DNA of 64,000 bases from Chrysomallon squamiferum (GCA_012295275.1 CM022666.1:12772001-12836000), one strand, 5' to 3'; shown: positions 9,789-30,900, counted from the stretch's first letter. The notes: generated by a model from the letters alone, not told the origin. Program-made: numbers and translations.

Positions 9789-12260
9789 AATACAGTCTCT
9801 GATATAAATGGTATATTTATAACTGCAGCCAAAAAAAAACATTTCGGAAGAAACCCACCTACAATACAATAAAGAAACATCCTTATAATAAGGCCTGGTT
9901 TAACAGAGCTTGTAAAGCTACAAGAAAGGAAGTCAGAAAAGCCAGAAAAAGATATAAACAATATGGTGGAAGCATACTGAAAGCTGACGAAGTATAAAGA
10001 GAATCAGTACAAACAAACATTAAACAGAGCTGTTATGGAATATAGGACATCTATTAAACAAAAAATGAAAATACTTAAAACTTCAAATCACTGGTCAGTT
10101 CTGAACAACAATAAGCAGAGACAATCAAAAGTGAATGTGTCAACTGATTCTTTATTTCATTTTTACAAAACTCTTAATAGCAATGTTCATGAAAATTGGC
10201 CTGATCATGTATCACCAGTAGAAGAATTAAACACTCAAAGCCAAGAAACCACTAATGATTCTTTGAAAAGCCTTTATCAGCTGAAGAAATATCTAGACTC
10301 CACTGTCATCCATTAGCTGGAGAAGATTTTATTATTAACGAATATATTAAGCATACTGCTAATGGTATGTTACATTTATATCTACTATTGTTTAATGTTA
10401 TTCTTGACACAGCAGTTATACCATCCGATTGGTTGGTGGGACTCATCAAACCAGTATATAAAAATAAACATTTTTAGACCTATTACGTTATCAAGCTGAT
10501 TAGGTATATTATTTACATCTGCACTTAATTCTAGATTAAATAAGAATGCAGAAGAAACAATCTTGATTTTAGAAAATCAATCTGGATTTCGTAAAAATTA
10601 TTCAACGACAGACCACATATTGTCTTTATACATGCTAATTATTTTAATGAACATACGTAAAAATAAATTGAATTGTGCTTTTATAGATTTTGAGAAAGTG
10701 TTTGATAGAATCTGGAAAATTGGATTATGGAATAAGTTAATTAGATGTGGCATAAATAGAAAATGTTTTAATGTCTTAGTAAATATGTATGAAGATACTA
10801 AGGCGAAAATTACGGCGAACTGTTTGTTATCTGATAGTTTTAATTGTGAAATCGGTGTCAGGCAAGGAGAAACTCTCTCGCCATTTTTTTCTGTTTTTCT
10901 TTTAGAGGAATTTCTTATAGCTAATAAGGCAAATGTACTAGAATCAATTACAACAATGTTTAGTGAAGAATTTAATGTTTATTTAAAGCTTTTTATTCTA
11001 TTGTATGCTGATGATACAATCCTGTTAGACAAAATCAGTGGATGCTCTACAATATAATCTTAACATGTTTGCTAATTACTGCTGACTATGGAGATTTAAA
11101 GTTAATATAAATAAAACTAAAATAATGATTTTCAGTAAAAGGAGAAAAACTAGTGATTATATCATTACATATTTAAATTTGATGGAGAGATTATTGATTA
11201 TAGTTGATAACTATAAATATTTTGGCATACATTTTAAAAGAAACAGCCTGTTCACTTACAAAGTAAAACAACTATATGACAAAGCACTGAAAGCTATGTA
11301 TAGCCTAATAGCTAAACGTCGTCAGAATAATATCTATAATGACAGTATACTTAATTTATTTGACAAACAAATATAGCCAATTTTTATTGTATGGTTTGAC
11401 ATATGGGGTTTTACAAATATACAACTAATAGAAAGACTCCAAATGAAATTTAGTAAGTATTAATAAATGTACCCCTGGTTTTATGATCTATAGTGATCTA
11501 GGATGGTATTTCTATAAAAATAAGAATGATAACCTATTGGGGGAACCTAATTTGCAAAACCCCAAACAAGATTTCCTCACAACTGTATTATTTAACGCAT
11601 GTTATCGATTCGCCTTCGGACAAATTTGTAAAAAATAGTTTTGATGATTGTGATTTAACATATATATGGACATACCACAACTTTGATAATGTTAAATGGT
11701 TAAGTGAAACGATATCCAAAATATTACAAGACCAGTTTTAACAAATATGGAAAAATCAAATGAAACATCTCCAAAGGGTATTAATTATAAAAAATTAAAA
11801 AATGAATTGAAATTAGAAAACTAGCTTACTTTGCTGTCTCAAAAGAATGCTAATGTCTTATGTAAATTTAGAACCGCGAATGCTAAACTTCCTACTGAAA
11901 CTGGACGATGGTCTAATATTCCAAGAGAAAACAGAAAATGTCATATCTATAATCTTTACAAAATCGGGGATGAATATCATTATAAATTTGAATGTAATGA
12001 TCATATTATTAAATGCGAGAAAAGGTATACTAGATAAATATATGAAACATCCAAATATAATTTCATACAATAATTTGTTTGACAGTAAAAATATATTTGT
12101 ATTTAAAAAGCTATGTTTGTTAATAAAAACTATATGTGAGAGAGTATGTCCTCCACGTTAAACTTCCACGCATGTGCATTTTAATTTTGTTATTTTATAG
12201 CTGTAATACATTCTTCTCTGTACTGTAATCCTACAGTTTATGAGAATAAAGTTATTGTCA
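9789..12260 (+). mobile_element. 3' half of the decayed CR1/L2-group LINE (RT domain and C-terminus)
   Basis: Broken ORFs with QSGFRKNYSTTDHI, FIDFEKVFD, GVRQGETLSP, LLYADDTIL and KFRTANAKLPTETGRW...GDEYHY; ends in AATAAAGTTATTGTC at ~12245-12259. Confidence 0.92.
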
Positions 12261-12844
12261 AAGTGACAGAGAACACCATTCACTAGGATATGTATACCTA
12301 CAGCAGCATAAATAGGGCACTGTTTTTATAACTAAACCCATTTTTATCCTGACAGGACTGGCACAACTTAATTGTGCTTAACCACCAGGATTAGTTAAAA
12401 CAGCAGTGGTGGGTTATACAGATTAACTGAAACACTCTGTGAAATGATTTGTCTACACTGAGCTAAAGACTTGTCAGTATCATGCATATTATTGTTCATG
12501 ATTATTCTTTCAGATACGTTTCGGGCAATCTGTATATATTAATGAAGTATATTTCAGGTAATATGTATATTATCTGAGTGAAACAGATAATATACATATT
12601 ACCTGATTATACAGATTAACTGTAACATATCTATATTTATTTATTTATTTATTTATTTCAGACGAGTTTATTTGTTTATTTATTTAAAAAAAAATTAAGA
12701 AAACAATTTGGAGAGGGGAGTTTCGATTCCTATATATAGTTATATACTATATACAGGGCTCGAAAAAACTAAAAAAAAATAAAAAATTAAAATTATCTAT
12801 TTATTTATTTATAAATAATATAAATAAACTGTGAAAAATATATA

Positions 12845-13330
12845 CAGCGGTACCTTGATTTACTTAATTTGCTCGTATATCAAATCAATTTTCCCGACTG
12901 AAATTAATTGAAATACTATTAATCCGTTCCAGTCCCCCAAAAACCACCCTAGTTTTTGTGTAACGTGTTTTTAAATAAGAAAAATGTATTTATATAAATA
13001 ACAAATATTGCATAAATAACAAAATCGAAGTGAATATAAAGAAATAAGTTTGTTTTGTGAAGTATTTATCTTGGAGATCTGACAAATTATTTTAACGCCT
13101 TTGGCCTTTATTGACTCCTTCTGCTTCAGGAAGGTACATATCGTAGAAGCACTACACTCATACTGCTTAGCCAAATCGACTACACGCACACCTCGCTCAC
13201 GTTAAACTATGATTTCATGCTTTAATTCAATGGGCATCATTCGCAACGTCTTCTCAGCACTGTCCTTTGCACTCACTTTCTTAGGATTCATGGTCAGAAA
13301 AAAAGAAATCTGACAAAATACTGCACGAAA
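12845..13330 (-). mobile_element. Tigger/pogo-family fragment (CENP-B-type N-terminal HTH)
   Basis: From ATG 13291: MNPKKVSAKDSAEKTLRMMPIELKHEIIV*RERGVRVVDLAKQYECSASTICTFLKQKESIK; Tigger-like terminus TA|CAGCGGTACCTTG at 12843-12857. Confidence 0.8.
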
Positions 13331-14412
13331 CGCAGTAGTAGTAGTTGTTGTTGTGGTGTATTTTTTTTTTTTTTTTTTTTTGTTGTTGCTGATGTTTTTT
13401 TATGTTTATTAGTTGTTGTTTTTTTTTTTTTTTCTAAATCTTTTTAAAGATTACGTTAGTAGATGACATTTATTCAATTCGTGTCAAGGCACTATGTTTG
13501 TGAATGTTATCGAACATATATCCTGAATGCCATTACATTAGATTAATGCTAAAATAACGCACAGTACACAACGGTAAGCACGCATCTAGGATATCACTCA
13601 GGATATCTCTCTCCTGGCTGAACAACTATCTGCTGATCACGTGATTCAGAAAAACAGCGTGACTAACACAGATAAAACTCTTCGTCATGACAAATAAATC
13701 TCGTTTACTTTAATACTGAAATACTGGGTGTCGAATGTTATACGCGGTACAAGGGAAGGACTTGGTATGATTTAAAAATCAATTAAAAAATTATAATAAA
13801 AGAAAACACAAAATGTACCTCACAGTTTTGTCTTCCTGTGAAGACTAAATCACATCACAGGTGTTTTGTTGCTTCTAATTCAGCTGTTAATAAAATGTGG
13901 GTTGCACAAACAATACAATCCAAACTAAAGAAGATAGGATTTTGTAAAATTTATAATAATAATAGTTTTTTTTTTTTTGTTTTTTTGTTGATTATTGTTA
14001 TTATTATTGTTGTTGTTGTTGCTGTAGATGTTGTTGCTGTTGTTGTTGTTGTCACGGTGCCAGTGCCTAAGGTGCTCATTATCACCGACTAGGGCATGTA
14101 GGTGTTTAGAACACTGTGGTCAGTAAATTCAAACTGATTATCGTGATGGTATAACACTACACCCATCCACTAGATAAATAACACATCAACAGCTTTAGTT
14201 TATTAATTTAAAAAAATATTTTTGTAAATATATAAACATACACAACTAAAGATTATATACATATAAAAATTATTACTTTTGCGACGGAAAATTGTTTTTT
14301 TCTTCTATCATGTAAAATGTCACTTGTATCATGATTGTTGATTCGGTCTCCCGGGGAATTTCGTGTTCAATGTTCACCTACGGAGAGGTATAAGTAACGG
14401 GCTTTTGTTTCG

Positions 14413-14457
<45 letters not shown>

Positions 14458-15889
14458 TTGCTCTTCTGATTGTATTAATCCTTATGTCATTGTTGTGACA
14501 GATTACAGTATCTCAATCCATCTATATTATTTTTTACTTCTATATTGACCCTGATTAACCGTTATATGATTGTTGTGACAGATTACAATATCTCAATCCA
14601 TCTATATTATTCTTTACAAATATATAGTTACAGATATACAGTTACAGATAAATAGTTAAAGATATGCAGTTACAGATATATAGTTAAATATATGCAGTTA
14701 CAGATATACAGTTACAGCTTATGGGAATCACCGTGTCAAATTCATTAACATTTCTGTATCCAGTATGTAGAAGAGATATGTATCTGCTGAAAAACAGTTT
14801 CATAGAAATCCGTGTTTAACGTTAACGTTATGGTGTTATGTTATTAATACTGTGTTTTAAATATATAAAACAAATAAAACAGTAAGTTAATCAATACCCG
14901 CGTTTCCATTTTTTAAATTTATTTTTTTGTTTTATGTTCTGCCAAATACCCGTTCACTTCAACAAACGATTATGCCTTCAGCCCGTCCATACAAATAAAC
15001 CAATGAGCATTTGTTTTGAAGGAAAATCCTGTCTGCATTACGTGATCGCAGTGATAATAACATCAGAGTTATTTTTAACCTGTAATCGCTCGAAGAAAGA
15101 AGACAAAACTAAATTTTCCTGGAAACAAAATGTAATTAAACTCATATCACTATGCCTATTATGTAAATAAATATCTTCTGAACAAGTGTATATTAGTTCT
15201 AGATCAAAATAAGGTAGGGCTGAAATACCACTTGGAAAGTTTTAGGACCGATATACGGAAATCAAGTCGTGCGTGCCTGTGTATATTATATACAAATAAG
15301 GTGAAAATGTTGGTAGTTAATTTTCATAGTCTCTGTTCTAATAGTATACAAAAATATCACAACAATTAGATAAAAATTATTGTAACTAAAAACATAAATG
15401 TACAAGAACAGCAAAAATTTGGTATTTCTGGTGCCACCTTTGTTTCAAAATGTAATGTATTTACTGGTTCAGTTTCTAAAAAAATCTGTCATTTTAGCAT
15501 CTTTGATTTGACGTAACTCACAAACTACTTATCCAATTAGTACAACAACTAACAATTCTACTACAACTACTACTACAATAAATATGTTGTGATAAGGTCA
15601 AATGAAAAGCACTCTTTGGATCTACCACGTATTTGGGTTGGTTTACCAGATATCTGAAGAATAAGAAATTTAATAATAATAATAATAATAATAATAATAG
15701 GGTTTGAGCTGGATTTAAATTTTCTATGTTTGACTAATTCAAAATTAACGCTTGTCAGCTGTTGGGTACTTTAGCCAATGAGTTCTGTTGTTTTTGTATT
15801 CAACTGTTTTGTTATCTCAGATGCCTGGACAATGATGTGTGATTTTATTATAGAACACTTTCATTTTCCTTGTTTCGTTTTCTTTTACA

Positions 15890-15929
<40 letters not shown>

Positions 15930-16883
15930 TTACTTTCTGTTCGTTTACTTATTTTATTCTCGACAAATGCTTGTATAACAACATAAGCATTCATCTTACA
16001 ATGTTATTTCAGTACGTGATCAAAACAACGTAACTATTTAAATGTCAAGCTGTTTCCTCTATTCTCGGAAAACGTTCATACAAAACCTGAAAAGACCTGC
16101 AGGTGTTGGTTATCGTATTCCCGAGAAAGAGTAATAATCTGTGCGTCACTGGAAATATAGTTTAAGTAGGGGATTCCCCTGCTTGTTTCACTTACTGTCT
16201 TTGATCCCGAGAAATGTTACTTGTGTATTTCCCAGAAATTTTAGTATGTACGTTCTTAGCATTTTTGAAGTTTAATTGAATAGATATGCGTAAGTATGTT
16301 TGCAAACAGAAACTTTTCTTTTCAGTGGTTGTTACTCCCTTAATACCGTGTATTTTCCCATGAAAAACCGAGAACATTTATGATACATTAAAGAAATGGC
16401 AGTATATTTACAGCACTATACAACAGACAAGCCGTTCATTTTCTCTTACAAAATGAAAAACGTGAATACCAATATTTTACATATTATAGTTTCAAAACAC
16501 ATGGCTGGTAGCTGTTGAGTGCTTTAAATTATTCAGTGATTTCGATTGTTTAGAAAATAAATCTAGCAAAATAAGCGTCTGATGTCATTTCACTACTGGT
16601 TTTTTTTTTCATTTTCCTGGTTACGTTTTCTTTATATAGCTAATTACTTTTTTTAGTTCTGACTAAGTCTTCCGACTGTTCAATAACGTTTTTGTAACTC
16701 AACAAGAACCTAGTAGTTACTCCATTTTCGAGAAGCATGTAGCATAAGCTTGAAATATTGACGATCATGTTTTACTGCATTTCCCAGAAAGCGAAGTTTA
16801 AATGAGATTAGCTGTCCAGACTGGCTGTCATTTTGCCCGTCCGACTGCTCGTAAATTGAAAAAATCGTAAGTTGGGGAACCAC

Positions 16884-16936
<53 letters not shown>

Positions 16937-17382
16937 GAGTTTCGGGCCCTGTTCGTTACATCTAGAGGAAGTTACACGTAATAGAAATTTTTAACTGAAA
17001 AACGTTTACCTTGGTTTTTCGTTTGGTGTTCTGCACTCACGTCTTTCTTTTTTCGCAAAATACAAGCTCGGCCTTCGTGTGTGATCCGTGGTTTTTATAC
17101 AAAGCAATCTTCAAAGCAATAGAAACTATCACTACAATTAAGTTGATAATGTGGCACAAATTATAGTTCTTATAATTTTTATCTCCATTTTTTTATTTTA
17201 TTTTATTTTTATTTTTTTTATTTCTGCTTCTAAACTCCGAAATGTGGCAGTGAAAACGGATCAAGCTGCCGTGATATTTGTCTGCGACATACACACGCTC
17301 TGGCAAACCAATGGACAGGGTCACATTTAACGAGTCCTACTCAGAAAGCCAGAGCACAACTTAATTTATATATGTGTACAAA

Positions 17383-24411
<7,029 letters not shown>

Positions 24412-25158
24412 GTGTACAAAGAGTAATCACGACTTGACTTGTCAGGATATTACGTGGATTCATTTTTTTTTTTTTTTTTGATGATATAATTTCCAGAAAT
24501 AGGTTTTACCCGAATAAAGAGACTGAAAAGTCGAAGGTTATGTTTAACATTTTGCGTCAGCTTCAGTAGTAGTCCAGTCTGATTAGTCTTTTTATCCTCG
24601 CTAAAACTGACTAGAGGAAACGATTCGTTTAAAACTAATAATAATAAAAAATAAAAAATATCCAATAATAATAATAATAACGTAGCGTAAAAATCTCTCA
24701 AACCCAAACTGAATAGTTTCATTGTTTTCTTTTGATGGGAAATAAGTTCGCGAGCTTTAAAAGAATACGAAATGACTTTATGAATAAAAACTTTAAAATA
24801 TTCATGCAAACTTAAAGTTTTTTATTTTAATAGGTATTCTACATTACTAACAACGTTTGGTCGCCAGATGTAAAATACAATCACTTTAAAACATATATAA
24901 ACAGATAATTTTTTCTCAATTGGTACCATAACTGTGAATTTATTATAAATTTGTTTCCCCCTGTTTTACCCGGTGTGTTTCAGTTTTTATTCAAACCGAT
25001 CTAAATCGGTCGCGTATTCATCTAAGTAGATATTTCATGTTTTAATTGCTTACTGTTACTTTGTGTCGTAATAGTTTACAAAGCTTCTAGCAAGTTTATT
25101 ACTAAATTGCTTTTGTGTTGTTGGCAGATCGGAATGTAAATTGTGTGTGAATTTTGTA

Positions 25159-25200
<42 letters not shown>

Positions 25201-25412
25201 GTTTTAGGGGGGTTCTTTTTTGTTGATGGATGACTTTGACAGGTTTTAACCAATGTTTAATTATCCCAGGCAGGTTTGTTGTTTAAAGTAATTAGTGTCG
25301 TTCTTGCTTGAGTGTTTTATTATTTTTCTTGTACATTTCATTACACCAGGGTCTGCCACTATGACAGTAGCATCAACGTCACACTTGCTGTTTTCATTGA
25401 AACCGAGTTTTA

Positions 25413-27130
25413 TTATTTTTTGCGGTTCTTACAACACAGAATCTCAATAACTCGACCACGAAACACTCTGCTGCAGACGACGTAGAGGTAAAAGTTGACG
25501 GAGTAGTTCAGCAGCTCTAACATCTGCGCAATTTCCCGGACCAGCGAAAGAGGTGTATTCGTACTGAGGTACGGCTTCTCCCCACTGGTCACAGTCAGAA
25601 TGAAAACCAGAGATATGGGAATAGCCAGTAAAACGTATGCGACTGTCACTGCCAAAAGCATTGTAATCGTTTTCTGGTTCGCTGGCTGTTTAAGCGAAGT
25701 CGCAGCCGTCATCTTCTGGCGTTGCTTGGACGTCTGGACAATGCGAAATATGATGAGAGGAGTCATAATGGACAATATAAGTGTTGGTGCCGCCCCGTAC
25801 GTTATCGACCCTGTCACTGTTATCATCTTCGCCTTTATGGACGCCGCAGCACGATGGGCGTAACAGATATTATCGACAATCTTGGAGGAAAACGACCAGA
25901 AACCGTTCAGAGTTAACAGAGCAGTGATAATGATGCCCATTGATACCAGTGCATTTCTCTTGCTGTTTATCACTTTGGCTTTCAGGGGTAACCAGACAGC
26001 AATGAAACGCTCCAAGCAAACGAGGACGATAAACCAGGACGATGCCATTTTTGCCGTCCTCAGGATGACGAAGAAGATTTTACATGACGCGTCGTTCAGA
26101 GAGCGGATGTCTTTTCCTAGGAGTCGTATTACTGAGGGTTTGGTGAACGGCTGCATTAGAAGCACAGTGGTGTCAGACACAGAGAGAGCTGTCAGAATGA
26201 GGCTCATCGTCATTGACGAAAACGCCTTGTTCGTCATCACGGCAACCGTCAACGCGTTGCCAAAGATACCCGTTGTTATGAATATCGGAGTGATGACGTA
26301 ACTGATGTATTTGCCTAAAGTGTTCTTTGTTGATATTTGTTTTAAATTTGTACCGTTTATTGTTGCGTTATCTGAGTAATAATTTTCAGAGGATGTGTGT
26401 TTGTAGTTTACTGTCGAGGTTGTAACATTAGATATATTAATATCTAAAACGCCTTCCTGTCCAGCTGTTATTTTTTGTCCTTCATTCACGTGACGTATTT
26501 TCTCAGCATGATTTGTAACGTCTTCGTTTTGTTGACGTGTAACTGGTACGTTCTGTTCTGTAACATAATCACTTTGTACGCGTGTGACGTCATCTCTTTG
26601 ACGACTTGTAAATTGTCGCTCTGTTCCGTCTTCGCGTGGTTGGTGTGTGACGTCATTGTTCTGTTGGCGTGTTACGTCATTGTTTTGGTAGCTTGTAACT
26701 TCTTTTTGTTGGTGTGTGACGTCATTGTTTTGTTGAGGTGTGACGTCTGTTATTTTAACAACACTAAAGTCTTCAGAATTATCATTACTAATCTGGTTTG
26801 TACTTTTCGTCGAAATCAAGAAGAAAATCCATATACACCAGTTCTTTTGTAGTCTAAATGAAAAAATAAAAAAGTCTAAATTATTCACATTTTATATATG
26901 TGTGTGTGTGTACGTATGTATGCATGTATGTACTTAAATAATTAGAAAATGAAATAAATGAAAAGAAACAAATTAAATACAGAAATTATAATGCTACTAT
27001 TATTCCTTTGTTTCTTTTAAAATGAAACCAAATAATTATAAGTGTGAACATTTTCTATAAAATTCTAAAAAAGACGAACAAATAAATAAAACTCAGAAGG
27101 CACTCGAGCCTGTACTTACCTCTTCGTCAT
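25413..27130 (-). CDS. Rhodopsin-family (class A) 7TM GPCR, FMRFamide/peptide-receptor-like; model join(27130..27120, 26853..25413), 483 aa
   Basis: Seven hydrophobic segments with TM1 GIFGN, TM2 LSVSD, Cys at the top of TM3, ERF in place of DRY, TM6 LLAIP and TM7 NYSVNFYLY. Minus-strand ATGACGAAGAG|GTAAGT at 27130-27120 and acceptor TTTTTTCATTTAG|A at 26854/26853 join in frame to give MTKRLQKNWCIWIFFLIS (signal-peptide-like). Confidence 0.93.
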
Positions 27131-28789
27131 GTTTTTCAAATGATCGTTCTCCAACAGAAATACAATGAATAACATTTATAGGAATACGATAGTACGTGTG
27201 TTTTACCGAGAAATCTTTCATCCAATCATATTAAACTATTCGATGTGTGCGTATGCGTATGCATGCCTGTATATCTTAAGATAAAATTTAGAAATCCGTA
27301 TAATACCTGAATATTTCAGGCAGTTTATAAAGTTCCTGATTCATTCAGACATTATGAAGATTGCCTATAAATATATATATATATATATGAGATAATATAA
27401 TCTCTAGACACATGGATACATATATGAATAGACAGACATAGAGACACACAGATAGAAAGACAGAAAAACAGATAATGGTAATAATAAATAAAAATGATAA
27501 TTAAAATAAAGTTGGGGAAAGACAATTAGATATGGAACATTAGACTTAAAACAAGATAAAGAATAAAAGGAAAAAGAAAAAAAAGAACCCGACCCCCCCC
27601 CCAAAAAAAAAGAAAAAAAAAAAACGAAATAAATATATATTAAGAATTATACAGAAAAAAAAACAAACAAAAAAACCAACAGATATTATGTACTTATAAT
27701 TAAAAAAACACCAACCCAACAAAAAATAGAGAAACAAATAGATATAAAGAATTAGAGACACAAAAAACAACAAAACAAACACAGCATATAATAAATCATA
27801 ATAAGGAATATTCGTAAAGTTACATCAAAAATAAAAATGGTGAATTGTGGATAGCTTCGACTTTTTTAGCCTTCGGTAGTCACGATGTAATTAATCAGTA
27901 ATGACGCAGAATATTCTGCTTTCATTATTGTTCATAATTAGTGGTTTAATTACTCGTCTCCGTGCGTATTAGTGCACTAACGACAAGGAAATTACGACCC
28001 TCCTTTCTCTCTTCATTCACGACATTTTAATTAAACTCAAATAAACACTGGCTGCAAGATTTCCAATCAACAGGAGTCATTCAGATTTCAAAGAAACCAA
28101 GATCCAGCTTCAGCCTTCTAAATTAGGAAAGCACACTCCCTCTTTCCATTGAGATCAAATAATTAAAATACTGTTGATTTCCTTCAATGTGGCGGCAAAT
28201 ATATATGAATTAGAATACAAATGTATACACATCCATCCATCCATACATACATTAGATACATACACAAGAATATATATATATACATACACATACATACATC
28301 TATGCACACAAACATATATATACACATATATTCATACATCCTAAACTTCAAACATACATATATACAAACATATACATACATACATACATACATACATGCA
28401 TATAAATATATAGATATATATATATATACACACACACATACATACATACATATAAATATGCATGCATACAAACATCAATTATTTATATTTTAAACGCACA
28501 CACATATAAAATTATTTTTGAAAGTCTTACAAACTGTATTATGTTTTTAAAACAAATGATTAGTTATCTTCTTGTTATGATAAATATACTGAATTTTTAT
28601 ATATAATAAAAACAAACCCAATACATTTTAACTTAGAAAGATAATTTTTGACTGAAATAACTTAGTATTCTATCTTTTCTTGCTTTTCGCATTACAAAAC
28701 TAAAGTATACGGAAGACATGTTTCATTTCCACTAATCTTTTCCTAAATCACATTTCCCAGATTTATCTTCAGCAATCTGGGTCTGTTTC

Positions 28790-30900
28790 TAAGAAATGAC
28801 CGGTGATCTAGGTCTGATTCTTAGAACTGGTCATCAATCTAAGACTGATTTTAAGAACTGATCTATAATCTAGGCCTGATCCTAAGAATTGATGACCAAT
28901 CTAAGAATGAATTTACGAACTGATATGTAATCTAGGTCTCATTCTAACAATTGATCAGTATACTAGGCCTGATTCTAAAAACTGAGTAATCTAGGAGTAA
29001 TCTAGGACTGATTCTAAGAACTGATTCTAAGAACTGATTCTAAGAACTGATTCTAAGAACTGATCAGTAATCTAGGACTGATTCTAAGAACTGAGTAATC
29101 TAGGAGTAATCTAGGACTGATTCTAAGAACTGATCAGTAATCTAGGACTGATTCTAAGAACTGATCAGTAATCTATGCCTGATTCTAATAACTGATCAGT
29201 AATCTAGGTCTTATTCTAAGAACTGATCAGCAATCTATGCCTGATTCTAATAACTGATCAGTAATCTAGGTCTGATTCTAATAACTGATCAGCAATCTAT
29301 GCCTGATTCTAATAACTGATCAGTAATCTAGGTCTGATTCTAAGAACTGATCAGTAATCTAGGACTGATTCTAAGAACTGAGTAATCTAGGAGTAATCCA
29401 GGACTGATCCTAAGAACTGATTCTAATAACTGATCAGTAATCTAGGACTGATTCTAAGAACTGAATCTAAAAACTTATCAGTAATCTAGGACTGATTCTA
29501 AGAACTGATTCTAAGAACTGATCAGTAATCTAGGTCTGATGCTAAGAACTGATCAGTACTCTAGGACTGATTCTAAGAACTGATCACCAATCTAGGACAG
29601 ATTTTAAGAACCGATATGTAATCTAGGCCTGATTCTAAGAACTGATCAGTAATCTAGGTCTGATGCTAAGAACTGATCAGTAATCTAGGACTGATTCTAA
29701 GAACTGATCACCAATCTAGGACAGATTTTAAGAACCGATATGTAATCTAGGCCTGATTCTAAGAACTGATCAGTAATCTAGGTCTGATGCTAAGAACTGA
29801 TCAGTAATCTATAAATGATTTTAAGAACTGATCAGCAATCTATGACTGATTTTAAGAACTCATATGTAATCTAGGTCTGATTCTAAGATATGATCAGTAT
29901 TCTAGGCCTGATTCTAAGAACTGATCAGCAGTCTATGACTGATTTTAAGAACTGATCAGCAATCTATGACTGATATTAAGAACTGATCAGTAATCTAGGA
30001 CTGATTCTAAGAACTGAATCTAAAAACTTATCAGTAATCTAGGACTGATTCTAAGAACTGATTCTAAAAACTTATCAGTAATCTAGGACTGATTCTAAGA
30101 ACTGATTCTAAGAACTGATCAGTAATCTAGGTCTGATTCTAAGAACTGATCAGTAATCTAGGTCTGATGCTAAGAACTGATCAGTAATCTAGGACTGATT
30201 CTAAGAACTGATCACCAATCTAGGACAGATTTTAAGAACCGATATGTAACCTAGGCCTGATTTTAAGAACTGATCAGTAATCTAGGACTGATTCTAAGAA
30301 CTGATCAGTAATCTAGATCTGATTCTAAGAACTGATCAGCAATCTATGACTGATTTTAAGAATTGATATGTAATCTAGGTTTGATTCTAACAACTGATCA
30401 GTAACCTAGGTCTGATTCTAAGAACTGATCAGCATTCTATAAATGATTTTAAGAACTGATCAGCAATCTATGACTGATTTTAAGAACTGATATATAATCT
30501 AGGTCTGATTCTAAGATATGATCAGTATTCTAGGCCTGATTCTAAGAACTGATCAGCAGTCTATGACTGATTTTAAGAACTGATCAGCAATCTATGACTG
30601 ATATTAAGAACTGATATATAATCTAGGTTTTATTCTAAGATCTGATCAGTAATCTAGGCCTGATTCTAAAACTGATCAGTAATCTAGGTCTGATACTAAG
30701 AACTGATCAGCAGTCTATGAATGATTTTAAGAACTGATCAGCAATCTATGACTGATTTTAAGAACTGATGAGCAATCTATGACTGATTTTAAGAACTGAT
30801 ATATAATCTAGGTCTGATTTTAAGAACTGATGAGCAATCTATGACTTATTTTAAGAACTGATATATAATCTAGGTCTGATTCTAAGAGCTGATCAGTTCT
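28790..30900. repeat. 31-bp satellite array (~2.1 kb)
   Basis: Consensus GATTCTAAGAACTGATCAGTAATCTAGGACT, degenerate at both edges. Confidence 0.97.

Noticed and set aside
14490-14720. 45-bp duplication and 14-bp ACAGATATACAGTT repeats; similar short duplications at ~17910-18115, ~32377-32424, ~34596-34677 and ~55540-55770
   Set aside because: Ordinary local slippage products with no further structure.
16830-16890. Possible pogo/Tigger-like terminus (GTAAGTTGGGGAACCAC)
   Set aside because: No matching partner end or coding remnant could be identified.
26853-26888. Start of the 491-aa GPCR ORF as given in the ORF track
   Set aside because: It is a non-ATG start inside the intron's pyrimidine tract; the spliced ATG exon at 27130 fits better.
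25600-26937. Plus-strand ORFs overlapping the GPCR
   Set aside because: Antisense shadows of the real minus-strand CDS.
28790-30900. CRISPR-like appearance (~30-bp palindromic repeats); likewise the 52-bp array at 48258-50302
   Set aside because: The repeats are head-to-tail with no unique spacers, there are no cas genes, and the context is eukaryotic.
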